Below are positions 1-9,663 of a stretch of DNA of 64,000 nt, piece after piece. The notes beneath the pieces are model-generated. The model saw only the letters and a program-made list of their open reading frames with translations, searched no databases and was not told the origin of the DNA. This stretch comes from a virus. Taxonomy: Duplodnaviria; Caudoviricetes. Each line of letters starts with the position of its first letter. Within the stretch, counting starts at the first letter, position 1. The stretch lies in IMG/VR virus record IMGVR_UViG_3300024297_000001. One strand, given 5' to 3'. Made by a program: the position numbers and the translations under genes.

Positions 1-632
1 CCACCAGCAGTAATATCAACAGCAAAACTATCTCCAAAACTTACTGGAATATCTCTTAATGCTTGTCTATATGTTGCCCATTCTGTTTTAATTCCCGTAG
101 GCATATCTGAAGTTGTTTTATCGTCTGACCAACCTAATAAAGATGTTCTGTGTCTACGTAAGTGAGCCCAAGTAATGTGTGGTTGTTTCCACGGATAGTG
201 TGGCATTCCACCTTTTGTACTACTTGCTACTTTAATAAATTCATCGTTGCTGTTACACTCGATGTCAAATTTTTCGTATGTATGATGTGGATCTGGATCA
301 ACGTATGTAACATACTCTACACCATTTGGTAATGTTTCTGTAATAGTTTCGTGTTCATCTTCTTCAACATCTGCTTCCATTAGTGAACAAATAATTGGAT
401 GCTCTCTACAATCTACTAAAACTTTTCTTAAGTTAATAGGTGCATTAAAGTCCATTCCTTGTTCTTCGTCCATGTATCCTGCAGGTGCAATCTTGTTTGT
501 TGCTTTATCAATGAACACCCACATAGTCTCAGGACCTTCGTAAGTGTGTGTACCTTGTAATTGTTCGTTATCAAACTGACCCAGGTATTCATCTGGTTTA
601 GGATAGTTAAATGTGTGTCTAATATTTGCCAT
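1..632 (-). CDS. Tail-fibre assembly chaperone-like protein, paralog of 2125..2829 (3' end runs off the window; absent from the ORF track)
   Basis: Hand translation from ATG at 632 (SD AAGGA upstream) gives MANIRHTFNYPKPDEYLGQ...TWAHLRRHRTSLLGWSDDKTTSDMPTGIKTEWATYRQALRDIP, open to position 1. The W..LR..R..LL..SD....DMP....W..YRQ.LRD.P pattern is the phage tail-fibre assembly chaperone motif. Confidence 0.75.
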   Translation of the reverse strand, partial: MANIRHTFNYPKPDEYLGQFDNEQLQGTHTYEGPETMWVFIDKATNKIAPAGYMDEEQGMDFNAPINLRKVLVDCREHPIICSLMEADVEEDEHETITETLPNGVEYVTYVDPDPHHTYEKFDIECNSNDEFIKVASSTKGGMPHYPWKQPHITWAHLRRHRTSLLGWSDDKTTSDMPTGIKTEWATYRQALRDIPVSFGDSFAVDITAG

Positions 633-644
633 GTTTTTTCCTTA

Positions 645-1367
645 TTAGTAGTAAACTACGTAAACTAAGCCTCCTGCTCCTGGTGAACCACAACAACAAA
701 CTTCTCCGTATGCTTGTGCAGACATACCGCCACCACCTGGAAATAATCCAAAGCCTTGCGATCCGCCCCAACCACAACATCCGTTTGGTCCGTTTCTAAA
801 TCCGCCTCTACCATATGTATCAGCAACCATCATGTTACCTCTATCATGGCAGTATTGACTTAATTGTGAAGTTGAATTCGTGCTACCAATACCAAAGTCC
901 ATTCCTGAGTGTCCGTGTACACAGTATCTCATTCTACAACATGAATAACATGTTCTGTACATGAAACATTCTGTACGCATAACTCTTCCTCCACATGCTC
1001 TTGCACACCAGTTACCTGATCTACATACATATGAATCACAACCTTGTTGACAGTTTCCTTTTTGTCTACAGCAAGTTGAACCTGCCGCACAAATTGTCAT
1101 TTGTTGTCCAGGCTCTGTTTCCACAGCCTTTTGACCATAACTTCCACCTGTTGATGGATATCCCATTTGACAACAGCAACCGCCGTCGCCAGCCGCGCCA
1201 CCGCCCCATATTTCGAAAGTTGCATATGATACGCCCGCCGGTACCGTCCACAAACAACATCTTCCGCCGTTGTTTGGAGAAGTAGTACTTGTGTTATAAA
1301 CTGCAAGTTCTGCTGGAACCGCTTTGCTTTCTTCATAACCGAATAAAAAATCTCTTAATGTTGACAT
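645..1367 (-). CDS. Cys/Gly-rich putative fibre-tip/adhesin protein (paralog 3)
   Basis: 240 aa with 24 Cys. It shares GGRCC.WTVP, FEIWGGG..G.G.CCCQ, TICA.GST.CC and FPGGGG with its two neighbours. Confidence 0.65.
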   Translation of the reverse strand: MSTLRDFLFGYEESKAVPAELAVYNTSTTSPNNGGRCCLWTVPAGVSYATFEIWGGGAAGDGGCCCQMGYPSTGGSYGQKAVETEPGQQMTICAAGSTCCRQKGNCQQGCDSYVCRSGNWCARACGGRVMRTECFMYRTCYSCCRMRYCVHGHSGMDFGIGSTNSTSQLSQYCHDRGNMMVADTYGRGGFRNGPNGCCGWGGSQGFGLFPGGGGMSAQAYGEVCCCGSPGAGGLVYVVYY

Positions 1368-1382
1368 ACTACTATATACTCC

Positions 1383-2123
1383 TTATGTTGCAGTGTAGTA
1401 AACTGTTACTAATCCGCCCATTCCTTTCGCTCCGCAATAACATGTTTCGTTGTGTGTTACTCCAGAAGCACCACCCCCTCCTGGGAATACTCCGTGGTCT
1501 CCTTGTCCTTGTCCATCTGTTTTGTAACAACCTGAACGTGACATTCTTGTAACTCCTGTAAATGGTGCACTTGGCATAAACTGGTGCATGTCTGATGCAC
1601 AGTGAGCTGAGCCATGTCCGCCACCTGTTGTACCACACATTGCCAATGTAGCACCGTTAACACAACCGCAGTTAAACATTTGACATCCACTGTATGAACA
1701 GTTTTGACTCCAAAAACATTTGGAAGCCGCTTCTGATCCACCTGATGAACACATACAAAATGCACTCGGTCCACATACGTAACTTGGGAATCCTCTACAA
1801 CTGTAACATCTTGAGTGACAGCATGTACTACCACCTGCACAAATTGTAAATGTTTCTCCCGCTGATACTGTTATAATTCGTCTACCATAAGAACCTGATC
1901 CACCTGACCAACCTTGTTGGCAACAGCACACTCCAGCACCTGGACCACCGCCACCCCAAACTTCAAAAGCCGCCCATTCAGCACCTGTTGGTACTGTCCA
2001 CTGGCAACATTTACCACCGTTGTTTTGATCGGTAACGTTTGTCGCGTATACTCTTAATGAAGTTAAAGGAGCAGATGCCCCTGAAGATGTTCCGTATTGT
2101 AATAAGGTTCTTAAACTTGACAT
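1383..2123 (-). CDS. Cys/Gly-rich putative fibre-tip/adhesin protein (paralog 2)
   Basis: 246 aa with 23 Cys and the same conserved framework. Confidence 0.65.
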   Translation of the reverse strand: MSSLRTLLQYGTSSGASAPLTSLRVYATNVTDQNNGGKCCQWTVPTGAEWAAFEVWGGGGPGAGVCCCQQGWSGGSGSYGRRIITVSAGETFTICAGGSTCCHSRCYSCRGFPSYVCGPSAFCMCSSGGSEAASKCFWSQNCSYSGCQMFNCGCVNGATLAMCGTTGGGHGSAHCASDMHQFMPSAPFTGVTRMSRSGCYKTDGQGQGDHGVFPGGGGASGVTHNETCYCGAKGMGGLVTVYYTAT

Positions 2124-2124
2124 A

Positions 2125-2829
2125 TTATTCGTCGTCCTCTACTGATGCAATATCTGCGCCTGGCTCTACTGGAAAGTTTACCATGTGTGCTGGAAACTCA
2201 TCTGCTTCGCCGTGTTTAAATAATGCTGGTAAATCACGTAATTTTTGTCTGTATGTAGTCCAAAGTGCTTTAGTAGCATCTGGCATATCATCAGCAATCT
2301 TACTATCTGAACCTGCTAACATATTGTTTCTTACAATAATTAACTGATCCCATGATGTCCAAGGTTGTTTCCATTTCATAGTCCATGTACCGCCAGTATA
2401 TTTTCCGTCAGTTAATGTACCATCTTTATTGTAAACACACTCGTCTAATTCATATGTATGATCAACATCAGTTGGGTCTGGTCTTTCGTATGTAGTACCA
2501 TCTGGTAAGTCTACAACAATGTTTGTTTGACCAACAACTGTATCCCATTCTGTTTGTGCATCAAATAATGAACACATAGTTGGATCAGTGTTGCAGTCTA
2601 CTTCAACTTTATATTGATCTTCTGGTACAGGAAAATCTGCACCGTTTTCTTCTTCTGTTAGTACAAGACGTGATGTATCACTACGCCCTGTATCTTTATC
2701 TATAAAAATCCAAATCTTGTCCGGCCCGTTGTATTTTGCATTTGCGGTTTTGCCGTCTGCATTTGTTTGGGCAAGATAGTCATCTGGAAGATTATAACTA
2801 AAGTCTTTTTGTATAATTGTATTTGGCAT
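2125..2829 (-). CDS. Tail-fibre assembly chaperone-like protein
   Basis: C-terminal WDQLIIVRNNMLAGSDSKIADDMP...WTTYRQKLRDLP motif; acidic N-terminal domain; located between Cys-rich genes. Confidence 0.75.
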   Translation of the reverse strand: MPNTIIQKDFSYNLPDDYLAQTNADGKTANAKYNGPDKIWIFIDKDTGRSDTSRLVLTEEENGADFPVPEDQYKVEVDCNTDPTMCSLFDAQTEWDTVVGQTNIVVDLPDGTTYERPDPTDVDHTYELDECVYNKDGTLTDGKYTGGTWTMKWKQPWTSWDQLIIVRNNMLAGSDSKIADDMPDATKALWTTYRQKLRDLPALFKHGEADEFPAHMVNFPVEPGADIASVEDDE

Positions 2830-2849
2830 TATATTTTCTCCATTATCCT

Positions 2850-3581
2850 TTAACTATAACTAACTTTCACCGCACCTGCTTGTCCCCAGCCGCCCCAGCA
2901 ACATGGTTCTCCGCAAGCCGCTCCACCGCCGCCGCCTCCTCCTGGGAAAGCCGCTAAACAGTTGAAACATGAACCAGTGTTTGTAAAGTTACCCGCACAC
3001 CAGTCTTTAGTTCTTCTTGACACACCAAAGTGAGCAGGACCTGTTACAAAGTTCCACATTTGGTTATGACAATACTGACTTCTTTTTGAACTTCCTGTAA
3101 TTTGTGGAAGTCCCCAATCACCTGTGCCACACTGCCATACAAATGATGGGTGACAAGTGTATGCATCAGTAAAGCAACATGCTTTACCTCCACAACCACC
3201 TGGTGCACAAGTTGTTGGAATACTTGAACCAGTAACAAAACTCGGATAGCCGTTTCCGCCTATACATCCGTGACAGCAACACGTAGTTGAACCGCCTGCA
3301 CAGATTGTATATTGACACCCTGCCGTACTTTGAATTGTTCTGATTGCGTAAGATCCGCCTGCCGCCGGTCTATTTGGAAACTGACAACAACATCCTCCAT
3401 GGCCTCCGCCACCTCCGCCCCATAACTCAAAAGTTATGTTGACTTTGTTTGCTGGTAAGGTCCAAAGACAACACCTACCACCGTTACCGATGCCCGTACT
3501 ATCATTCCATACCCAAAAGTTTCTTGTGACTCCTGCTTTCGCTGGTTCCACGTCTGAAAGAAAATTACGTAGTGTTGACAT
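2850..3581 (-). CDS. Cys/Gly-rich putative fibre-tip/adhesin protein (paralog 1)
   Basis: 243 aa with 24 Cys; WGGGGGGHGGCCCQ and FPGGGGGGG glycine tracts. Confidence 0.65.
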   Translation of the reverse strand: MSTLRNFLSDVEPAKAGVTRNFWVWNDSTGIGNGGRCCLWTLPANKVNITFELWGGGGGGHGGCCCQFPNRPAAGGSYAIRTIQSTAGCQYTICAGGSTTCCCHGCIGGNGYPSFVTGSSIPTTCAPGGCGGKACCFTDAYTCHPSFVWQCGTGDWGLPQITGSSKRSQYCHNQMWNFVTGPAHFGVSRRTKDWCAGNFTNTGSCFNCLAAFPGGGGGGGAACGEPCCWGGWGQAGAVKVSYS

Positions 3582-3601
3582 GTTATTCTTTTCCTATTAT
3601 C

Positions 3602-3928
3602 TTACGTTCCACTAATAATCCAGCCGTAAGTTGCACCTGTGTAAACAAGTGTTACTGCCGCATTATTAATATCTAATGTTAAATCTTCGCTTAAATTCTG
3701 GATTTTCGCGCCGTTACGTCCCACAGTTAAGTTTGAACTTGCAAACGCACCCGTTACGTCGACAATTTGAACTGTATCGTTTTCTAACAAACTTGTGCTA
3801 AGAGGTAGAGTTACCGTAAAGCCTCCACCTGTACACAAAATTCTGTCATTAACAACAGCATTATATGTCGTACTAACGGTTCTGAGTACAGTACCAGCGG
3901 TTCCAGTTGTAGTTATGTATCTTCCCAT
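3602..3928 (-). CDS. Small virion/fibre-associated protein
   Basis: 108 aa. The FTVTLP...DTVQIVD..G.FASSNLTVGRNG.KI..L.EDL.LD.N...VTLVY....GW pattern recurs in phage fibre proteins. A late promoter lies upstream. Confidence 0.6.
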   Translation of the reverse strand: MGRYITTTGTAGTVLRTVSTTYNAVVNDRILCTGGGFTVTLPLSTSLLENDTVQIVDVTGAFASSNLTVGRNGAKIQNLSEDLTLDINNAAVTLVYTGATYGWIISGT

Positions 3929-3950
3929 TGTTTTATCCTTCTATATGTAT

Positions 3951-4268
3951 TTATGCCGCAGTCTCAATACCGAACGCGACTGCACTAACATTTCCTGAAC
4001 TTGATCTAACGACCAACTTCTTCCCTGCGTCCATTACTATCCCCGATCTCTCAAGTACACCGTGTGCCAAGACTTCCGTCTCCCACTCTATATACTCTGC
4101 GCCTGTTGGGGTATCAGCCGCCGCAACTGCCATTTGCACACCAATTGCTTGATTTCCTCTATTACACACCGAACACGTTACAACTGCATAGTTGTCAGTT
4201 GGCACAGTATATACGGTAGTGTTAGTTCCAGCGACCAAATCGCTCGCTCCTAATCTTCCTGTTGCCAT
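3951..4268 (-). CDS. Small beta-rich virion protein (paralog of 18248..18577 and 25853..26209)
   Basis: 105 aa with the VYTVP..V..SVCN...LE.SGIV..AG..LVV pattern; directly downstream of the 1780-aa fibre gene. Confidence 0.65.
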   Translation of the reverse strand: MATGRLGASDLVAGTNTTVYTVPTDNYAVVTCSVCNRGNQAIGVQMAVAAADTPTGAEYIEWETEVLAHGVLERSGIVMDAGKKLVVRSSSGNVSAVAFGIETAA

Positions 4269-4281
4269 GGTTTAATCTCCT

Positions 4282-7200
4282 TTATCCCATCAAAAACATA
4301 TTTAGCGCCACAGGTGCACCATCAACTCCACCTTGGAAATTGAATTGTGCTTTTACGTTAATCGGAACTACTGTAGTTGTAGTAATTTCCTGTCCGGAAA
4401 TCTGTACAAGACCTGCAATAATTTGGTTAACGTTAAGAGTGGATGCACCACCACCAATCTGTGACGTGATATATGTTCTAATTGCTCTTTGTGTTGGTAC
4501 AATACTGTCGCTGTTTGCGGCAAATGTACCATCGGTGCTAAATTCGTTGACTGTTGCGCCTGTGTTACCAAGTGCAATGTTACCCAATGACAGTTCTTGC
4601 AATCCACTAATGTTAAATGCATCAGCGTTAAGTGTCGCAACACCTGTTGACTGTTCAACGTTAAACAGTCCACCTACTCTAAAGTTACCATCTTGGTCAG
4701 TTGACGTAAAGAATACTCTTCCGCCACCGCCCTCAACGGCTTCACTTGCTGGAACTGGGTCCTGCAATGGTAAGTTTGGATAATTTGTTGTAGTAAAGTT
4801 ACCTGTACCAATGTCTAAGAAGTCATGTCCTGTTAGACGTACTTGTGAGTATCTTAATCTAATCTCTGAACTTTCTGTATGCACTGGTGCATTGTCTACT
4901 GGAATGTCTGGACTTACTTGCAACTGTGCAGTAAATGGTCCTGACGCTCCGCCTAATAAATTTGTAACAGCAACAAGTTTGTAAAACACTGTTGGCTGAT
5001 TTGAAAACACAACGTTTGAACCTGCTCTTGGTGTTGTGGTTAATCCTGATACTTGTACAAACTTACCACTTTGTAAGTTGTCCATAAATCCACCACCATA
5101 TGTTACTTTACCACCAGTTGTATATGTACCTTGTGCTGTTGTATCAATTGTTTCTGTTAGTGTTGGATTTGAATATAGATCAAAATTGTCTGCGTCAATA
5201 ACTTTTACATAGAAAGTTGTTGGATCAAACAATCTAATCATTCCTAATACTTCTTTGATGTTTACTTTAGTTCCATCTAATGTAATACCATGTGCTGTTG
5301 CTGTAACTCTACATGGATTAGATTTAGCAACACCTGTAATATTTTTCTCAATAGTTGTTGCAGTAACAAGTGCAGTTGCAGTATCAAAGCCATCACCTCT
5401 ACCTGCGTTAGTTGCTCCAGCAAACGTTGGCTGACCTAATACACCGTCACCAACTCTAATTTCAAATGGTGCTTCGATAGTATTGTTTGGATCAGTAATT
5501 GTCATTGTTACTGAACTGTCATAACCTTGTCCTGGTTCAATAATTCTAACCTGATTAATTAATCCGTCTTGTACTCTACATCTACCAATTGCTTGTACAC
5601 TTGTACTTGAACCGTCACCAGTTGGTGTACTAAATGTTAGTCTTGGTTCAATTTCATAAGTTGTTGTACTGTCAAGTAATGGTACAATCGCTTCACCAAT
5701 AATGTTATCCCAACCAGGTGTACCATCACTGTATTTTCTTACAGTTGCAACTTTTGTACCTGCATTGAATGTATCAATGTAAGCATATTGTCCTGTACCT
5801 AATCCTGATACAATCCAAATAGCCATTCCAGCAAGTTCACCTGATGTATTTGTATCCGTGTTTGAAATTGTAATCTGTGTTGTGTTACCAATCTGTGCCG
5901 CGTTACCTGCTGTGTTATAATCCTTACCACCGAAGTTATCACTTGTGTTAAGCAATCTTACTTCCATGATTCCGCCTGTTCTGTATGTTGGTGTTACAGT
6001 TCCTAAACCAAAACCGTCGCCAGTAATAGTAATGACTGCATTACCGCCGTTAGTATCATAATCTCTACCAGCATTTAAATACTCCACTGCTATGACTCTT
6101 GATGCATCAGTCATTACCTGAGCAATTTGAGCCTGTTTATCTTTGTTATCTGTGTATGCAATAATTGGAACTTCTGTTGAGTCAACTCCTTCTGCTACAC
6201 AACCAAATGTACCATATGAACTGTTACCGTTCGTAGCACGTATCTTACCGCCGTTCTCTGCAAGGTATCCAATGTGTCCGTAGTATGAGAACACGGAAAC
6301 AAGTTCTGTTCTACCTAAGTTTGTACACCATACACCAATACCATCTGATAGTACTTGTGTAAAGTCGTTAGCAACGATCGAATCGTTACCACCTGCGTGT
6401 AAGTCACCGTCAATTTTTAATCCAACACAACCTGTACCAAAGTTTGTTACGTTTTGTACATAACAAGATTTGTTAATAATCCAAACATCTTTGTGTGCAG
6501 TACCCCAACCTGGATCCAACGATACATAAGCACCTGCACTTGGACGTTTAGTTCCATAAGTGTTTACTGAACCAAGTACACCACTTAATCCAGTTAGTGT
6601 CATGTTTCTAATACCTGTACCATTACGTACATAGTACATGTCATTTAGTGTTGAACCGTTTGCAGAGTTAATATATAATTCTGCGGCTCTTAAACCTTTG
6701 TAGTTTCCTGTGTAAATTATGTCATGTTGTATTGCTTCAATGTAACGTCTAACATCACGTTTACAAGAATTTTTAAGTGCAGTTGTAAAAGAGTAAGCAG
6801 GATAATCAATTGCAATCTTACTAACTACTTCTTCAACTAAGAATTCTTTATTTGCTTCAAGTCTAATAACTGCGTCAGTGTAACCTGCTGTCTTAACAGG
6901 ATCGTTAACACCTGCAAAAGCAACATCTGAACCGTTTGCATTTAATACAAAGTCAATTTTATTTTTAATTGCTGTAGCAACTGCCGCCGCCGCTGTTCCT
7001 GCCGCACCTGAACCTGCCGGTGCCGCTGTGTCTTGTGCTTTAACTGCTGGATATACTTTAGTACCTAATGAACAAGTCCAAGTAATGTTAGCAACCTGTA
7101 CAACGTTAGTTGCTACTGCACCATGTGCCGCATCTGTTGTTATTGAAACTATACCTGTAACATTATCGTAAGCGGCCGCTGTAACGTTTACAGTAGTTCC

Positions 7201-9624
7201 GCTAAATGTAACTGTACCTCCACTTGTATAAGTGTGAGCGTAACTGTTTGCACCTGTCATTATATCTAAAGTAGTTGCTGATGCATTCGATGAAAGTACA
7301 ACAAAACTGGTTTGAGTACTTGTTACTGCTGAGTTTGTAATAACATCATCTACAATACTTGCCAAGTGTGTAAGTCCTGCTAATGAATAAACACTATCGC
7401 CTGAATTTGTTAACTGTCCTGCTGGTGAAACTTTAGTTGAACGTAGTTCGTCACCAACCACAGCACAACCTTCTGGTACAACCATTGGAAGTACTTCGTT
7501 AAATTGTCCTGTCTTAAGGAAAAGCGTGTCGTTTGCAATTAATTGTGCTGGGACACCAGTTGTGTTACCTGCGGTCAAAGCCGCTGTAGCAATAGCTCTA
7601 AGAGCGTTTAAGATGCCTTGTGCTTCAGGTTCTTCAACTCTTGTAGAATCTGTTACACGTAAAGTTGGAGTAGCAACACTTCTTAATGCTTGGTAATCGC
7701 TTGATGGTGCATCTTGTGTAATTACATCATCAAGTAACGTTGTAACGAATGTAAGTGTCGCCGCAAATTCAGCAGTGATGCCATCATTACTTACATAGTA
7801 TTGATCTGCCGCACTGTCAAAATATGCAAGTGTTTCTAATCTTGTTTTCTTATTACCACCATGTGATAAATCCCAAATAAGTGCATCAACAAATGTACCT
7901 ATGTCTCTACGCCAGTTAGCCGCAGTGTATGTAAATGAACCTGTGAAAGGAGCAATTGATCCAACAATCTGTGTATCAACCCAACTTAACACTTCGTCTT
8001 GAATGAATGCTTTGTTAATTTTCATTAACTGTGTTGCGTTAGGTTTTCTTGCACCTTTTTCAATTTGCTGTAAACCAAATTGTACAGTTCTAAAAGGTTT
8101 GTCAAGTGTAACACCTGCCGCTGGAACATCTTTATCAACTCCATCAAGTGCAGTATAATAAACTGCATCAAGTTGACCAAAGAATGACCATTCTGGATCT
8201 GTTCCTGATTCGTTAACTTTTAATACTTGTCCTGGTTGACCAACTGGTAATCTTGTTGGACCTGATCCACCGTAGTAAACAAGGTCACCACGTGTAGTTA
8301 AGTTACCTGCTTCAGCACCACCGTTTAATAAATTCCAGTAGTTACCTGCTGTGTCTTGGTCTGGTCTATTTTGTCCTGCACCAACTTGCTCTGAAGTGTG
8401 TGGAGCAACACAAACATATGAGTTAACATCGTTAATACCTCTAACAACATCACCCTTGTCATAGTAAACTGCGTTTGTCCAAGCACCTTTCCAGTATAAA
8501 CCTTCATTAAGTTTATCCCAGTATACGTTGTCTGGTGGTCTGTTACCTGTACCATCTGCAAGTGCAATAAATGTCCAACCTCCAAGTCTAACTACATCGC
8601 CGATCTTATAAGCCGTTGCGTTATTGTAATCACCCTTGAAAGAAAATCCTGTTGTAAATAAATCCCAATCACTTGCGTTGTTGTATGGAATAATATTAAA
8701 GTTGTTTGTTTTTGAAACGTAAGTGTAACCACCATAAGTAACAACGTCACCTGGTTGGAAGTTTACATTGTTCTGCCAACTGTCTTCAAATTCTAATCCT
8801 GGAATAAAGATAGACCATTTTGCTTCATCAGCCGCAAGTGTTGCACCTGCTGTGTGGAACGTTCCACAAATCCATAAGTCTGAACCATACTTAACAACAT
8901 CATTGTTTTTGTATCTTGTTCCTGTAGTCCAGTCACCTAAGTATTCAATACCTTTGTGTAAGTAATCCCACTTGGCTTGATCTTCTTCAAGTCCTGCTGT
9001 GTTGTCAGCGCCTGCTGTATGTCCAGTGTTACAAACATAAACTTGTCCACCGTAACGTACAACGTCACCTTTCTTATATCTTGTTGTTGCAATCCAAGCG
9101 TTTAACCAAGTTAAACCGTTTGCAAATAAATCCCATTTACTTTGATCTAATTCTAATCCGTCACCTACTGATGCGCCAGATGTGTGTGCTTCTGTACACA
9201 AGTACATAACGCCACCATAACGGACAATGTCATTAACTTTATATCTTGTTGAAACACCCCAATCACCTAACCAGTCAAATCCTTCACAGAATAAATCCCA
9301 TTTAGATTGATCTAATTCTAAGCCATCTGATGTAGTTGTTGCAGAAGTGTGACCTGTGTTTGCAACATATAAGTACCCGCCGTACTTAACAATGTCATTA
9401 GGTTTGTAAACTGTTGATAATGCCCAGTTACCTTTCCACTCAGTACCATCTGCCATCTTGTCAAAGTTAGAGATGTCTGTGTCGAAGTTAGAACTTGTGT
9501 GGCCAGTATTAACAATATATGTACGACCACCGTAGCGGACTACATCGTCTTTAAAGTATTCTTTGGCTGAGACCCATGATCCCTTCCAAATAAACCTAAT
9601 TCTACCTAATTTAAACTCTGCCAT
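4282..9624 (-). CDS. Giant tail-fibre/virion structural protein: 8 N-terminal Trp-rich (CBM5/12-like) repeats, beta-helix region, conserved C-terminal domain
   Basis: 1780 aa. Repeated W.G.W....Y...D.V.YGG..Y; beta-helix-like YVQNVTNFG.GCVG.KIDG; C-terminal YSQVRLTGHDFLDIG...GGRVFFTSTDQDGNFRVG as seen in marine T4-like phage fibres. Confidence 0.75.
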   Translation of the reverse strand: MAEFKLGRIRFIWKGSWVSAKEYFKDDVVRYGGRTYIVNTGHTSSNFDTDISNFDKMADGTEWKGNWALSTVYKPNDIVKYGGYLYVANTGHTSATTTSDGLELDQSKWDLFCEGFDWLGDWGVSTRYKVNDIVRYGGVMYLCTEAHTSGASVGDGLELDQSKWDLFANGLTWLNAWIATTRYKKGDVVRYGGQVYVCNTGHTAGADNTAGLEEDQAKWDYLHKGIEYLGDWTTGTRYKNNDVVKYGSDLWICGTFHTAGATLAADEAKWSIFIPGLEFEDSWQNNVNFQPGDVVTYGGYTYVSKTNNFNIIPYNNASDWDLFTTGFSFKGDYNNATAYKIGDVVRLGGWTFIALADGTGNRPPDNVYWDKLNEGLYWKGAWTNAVYYDKGDVVRGINDVNSYVCVAPHTSEQVGAGQNRPDQDTAGNYWNLLNGGAEAGNLTTRGDLVYYGGSGPTRLPVGQPGQVLKVNESGTDPEWSFFGQLDAVYYTALDGVDKDVPAAGVTLDKPFRTVQFGLQQIEKGARKPNATQLMKINKAFIQDEVLSWVDTQIVGSIAPFTGSFTYTAANWRRDIGTFVDALIWDLSHGGNKKTRLETLAYFDSAADQYYVSNDGITAEFAATLTFVTTLLDDVITQDAPSSDYQALRSVATPTLRVTDSTRVEEPEAQGILNALRAIATAALTAGNTTGVPAQLIANDTLFLKTGQFNEVLPMVVPEGCAVVGDELRSTKVSPAGQLTNSGDSVYSLAGLTHLASIVDDVITNSAVTSTQTSFVVLSSNASATTLDIMTGANSYAHTYTSGGTVTFSGTTVNVTAAAYDNVTGIVSITTDAAHGAVATNVVQVANITWTCSLGTKVYPAVKAQDTAAPAGSGAAGTAAAAVATAIKNKIDFVLNANGSDVAFAGVNDPVKTAGYTDAVIRLEANKEFLVEEVVSKIAIDYPAYSFTTALKNSCKRDVRRYIEAIQHDIIYTGNYKGLRAAELYINSANGSTLNDMYYVRNGTGIRNMTLTGLSGVLGSVNTYGTKRPSAGAYVSLDPGWGTAHKDVWIINKSCYVQNVTNFGTGCVGLKIDGDLHAGGNDSIVANDFTQVLSDGIGVWCTNLGRTELVSVFSYYGHIGYLAENGGKIRATNGNSSYGTFGCVAEGVDSTEVPIIAYTDNKDKQAQIAQVMTDASRVIAVEYLNAGRDYDTNGGNAVITITGDGFGLGTVTPTYRTGGIMEVRLLNTSDNFGGKDYNTAGNAAQIGNTTQITISNTDTNTSGELAGMAIWIVSGLGTGQYAYIDTFNAGTKVATVRKYSDGTPGWDNIIGEAIVPLLDSTTTYEIEPRLTFSTPTGDGSSTSVQAIGRCRVQDGLINQVRIIEPGQGYDSSVTMTITDPNNTIEAPFEIRVGDGVLGQPTFAGATNAGRGDGFDTATALVTATTIEKNITGVAKSNPCRVTATAHGITLDGTKVNIKEVLGMIRLFDPTTFYVKVIDADNFDLYSNPTLTETIDTTAQGTYTTGGKVTYGGGFMDNLQSGKFVQVSGLTTTPRAGSNVVFSNQPTVFYKLVAVTNLLGGASGPFTAQLQVSPDIPVDNAPVHTESSEIRLRYSQVRLTGHDFLDIGTGNFTTTNYPNLPLQDPVPASEAVEGGGGRVFFTSTDQDGNFRVGGLFNVEQSTGVATLNADAFNISGLQELSLGNIALGNTGATVNEFSTDGTFAANSDSIVPTQRAIRTYITSQIGGGASTLNVNQIIAGLVQISGQEITTTTVVPINVKAQFNFQGGVDGAPVALNMFLMG

Positions 9625-9663
9625 TGTTATTTCCTAACGTTACATTTGTATTTATCATATCTG

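Noticed and set aside
645-3581. Selenocysteine or stop-codon recoding, or DGR diversification, in the Cys-rich genes
   Set aside because: No in-frame TGA and all three end in TAA; the standard code gives full-length ORFs throughout; no reverse transcriptase or template/variable repeat pair was seen.
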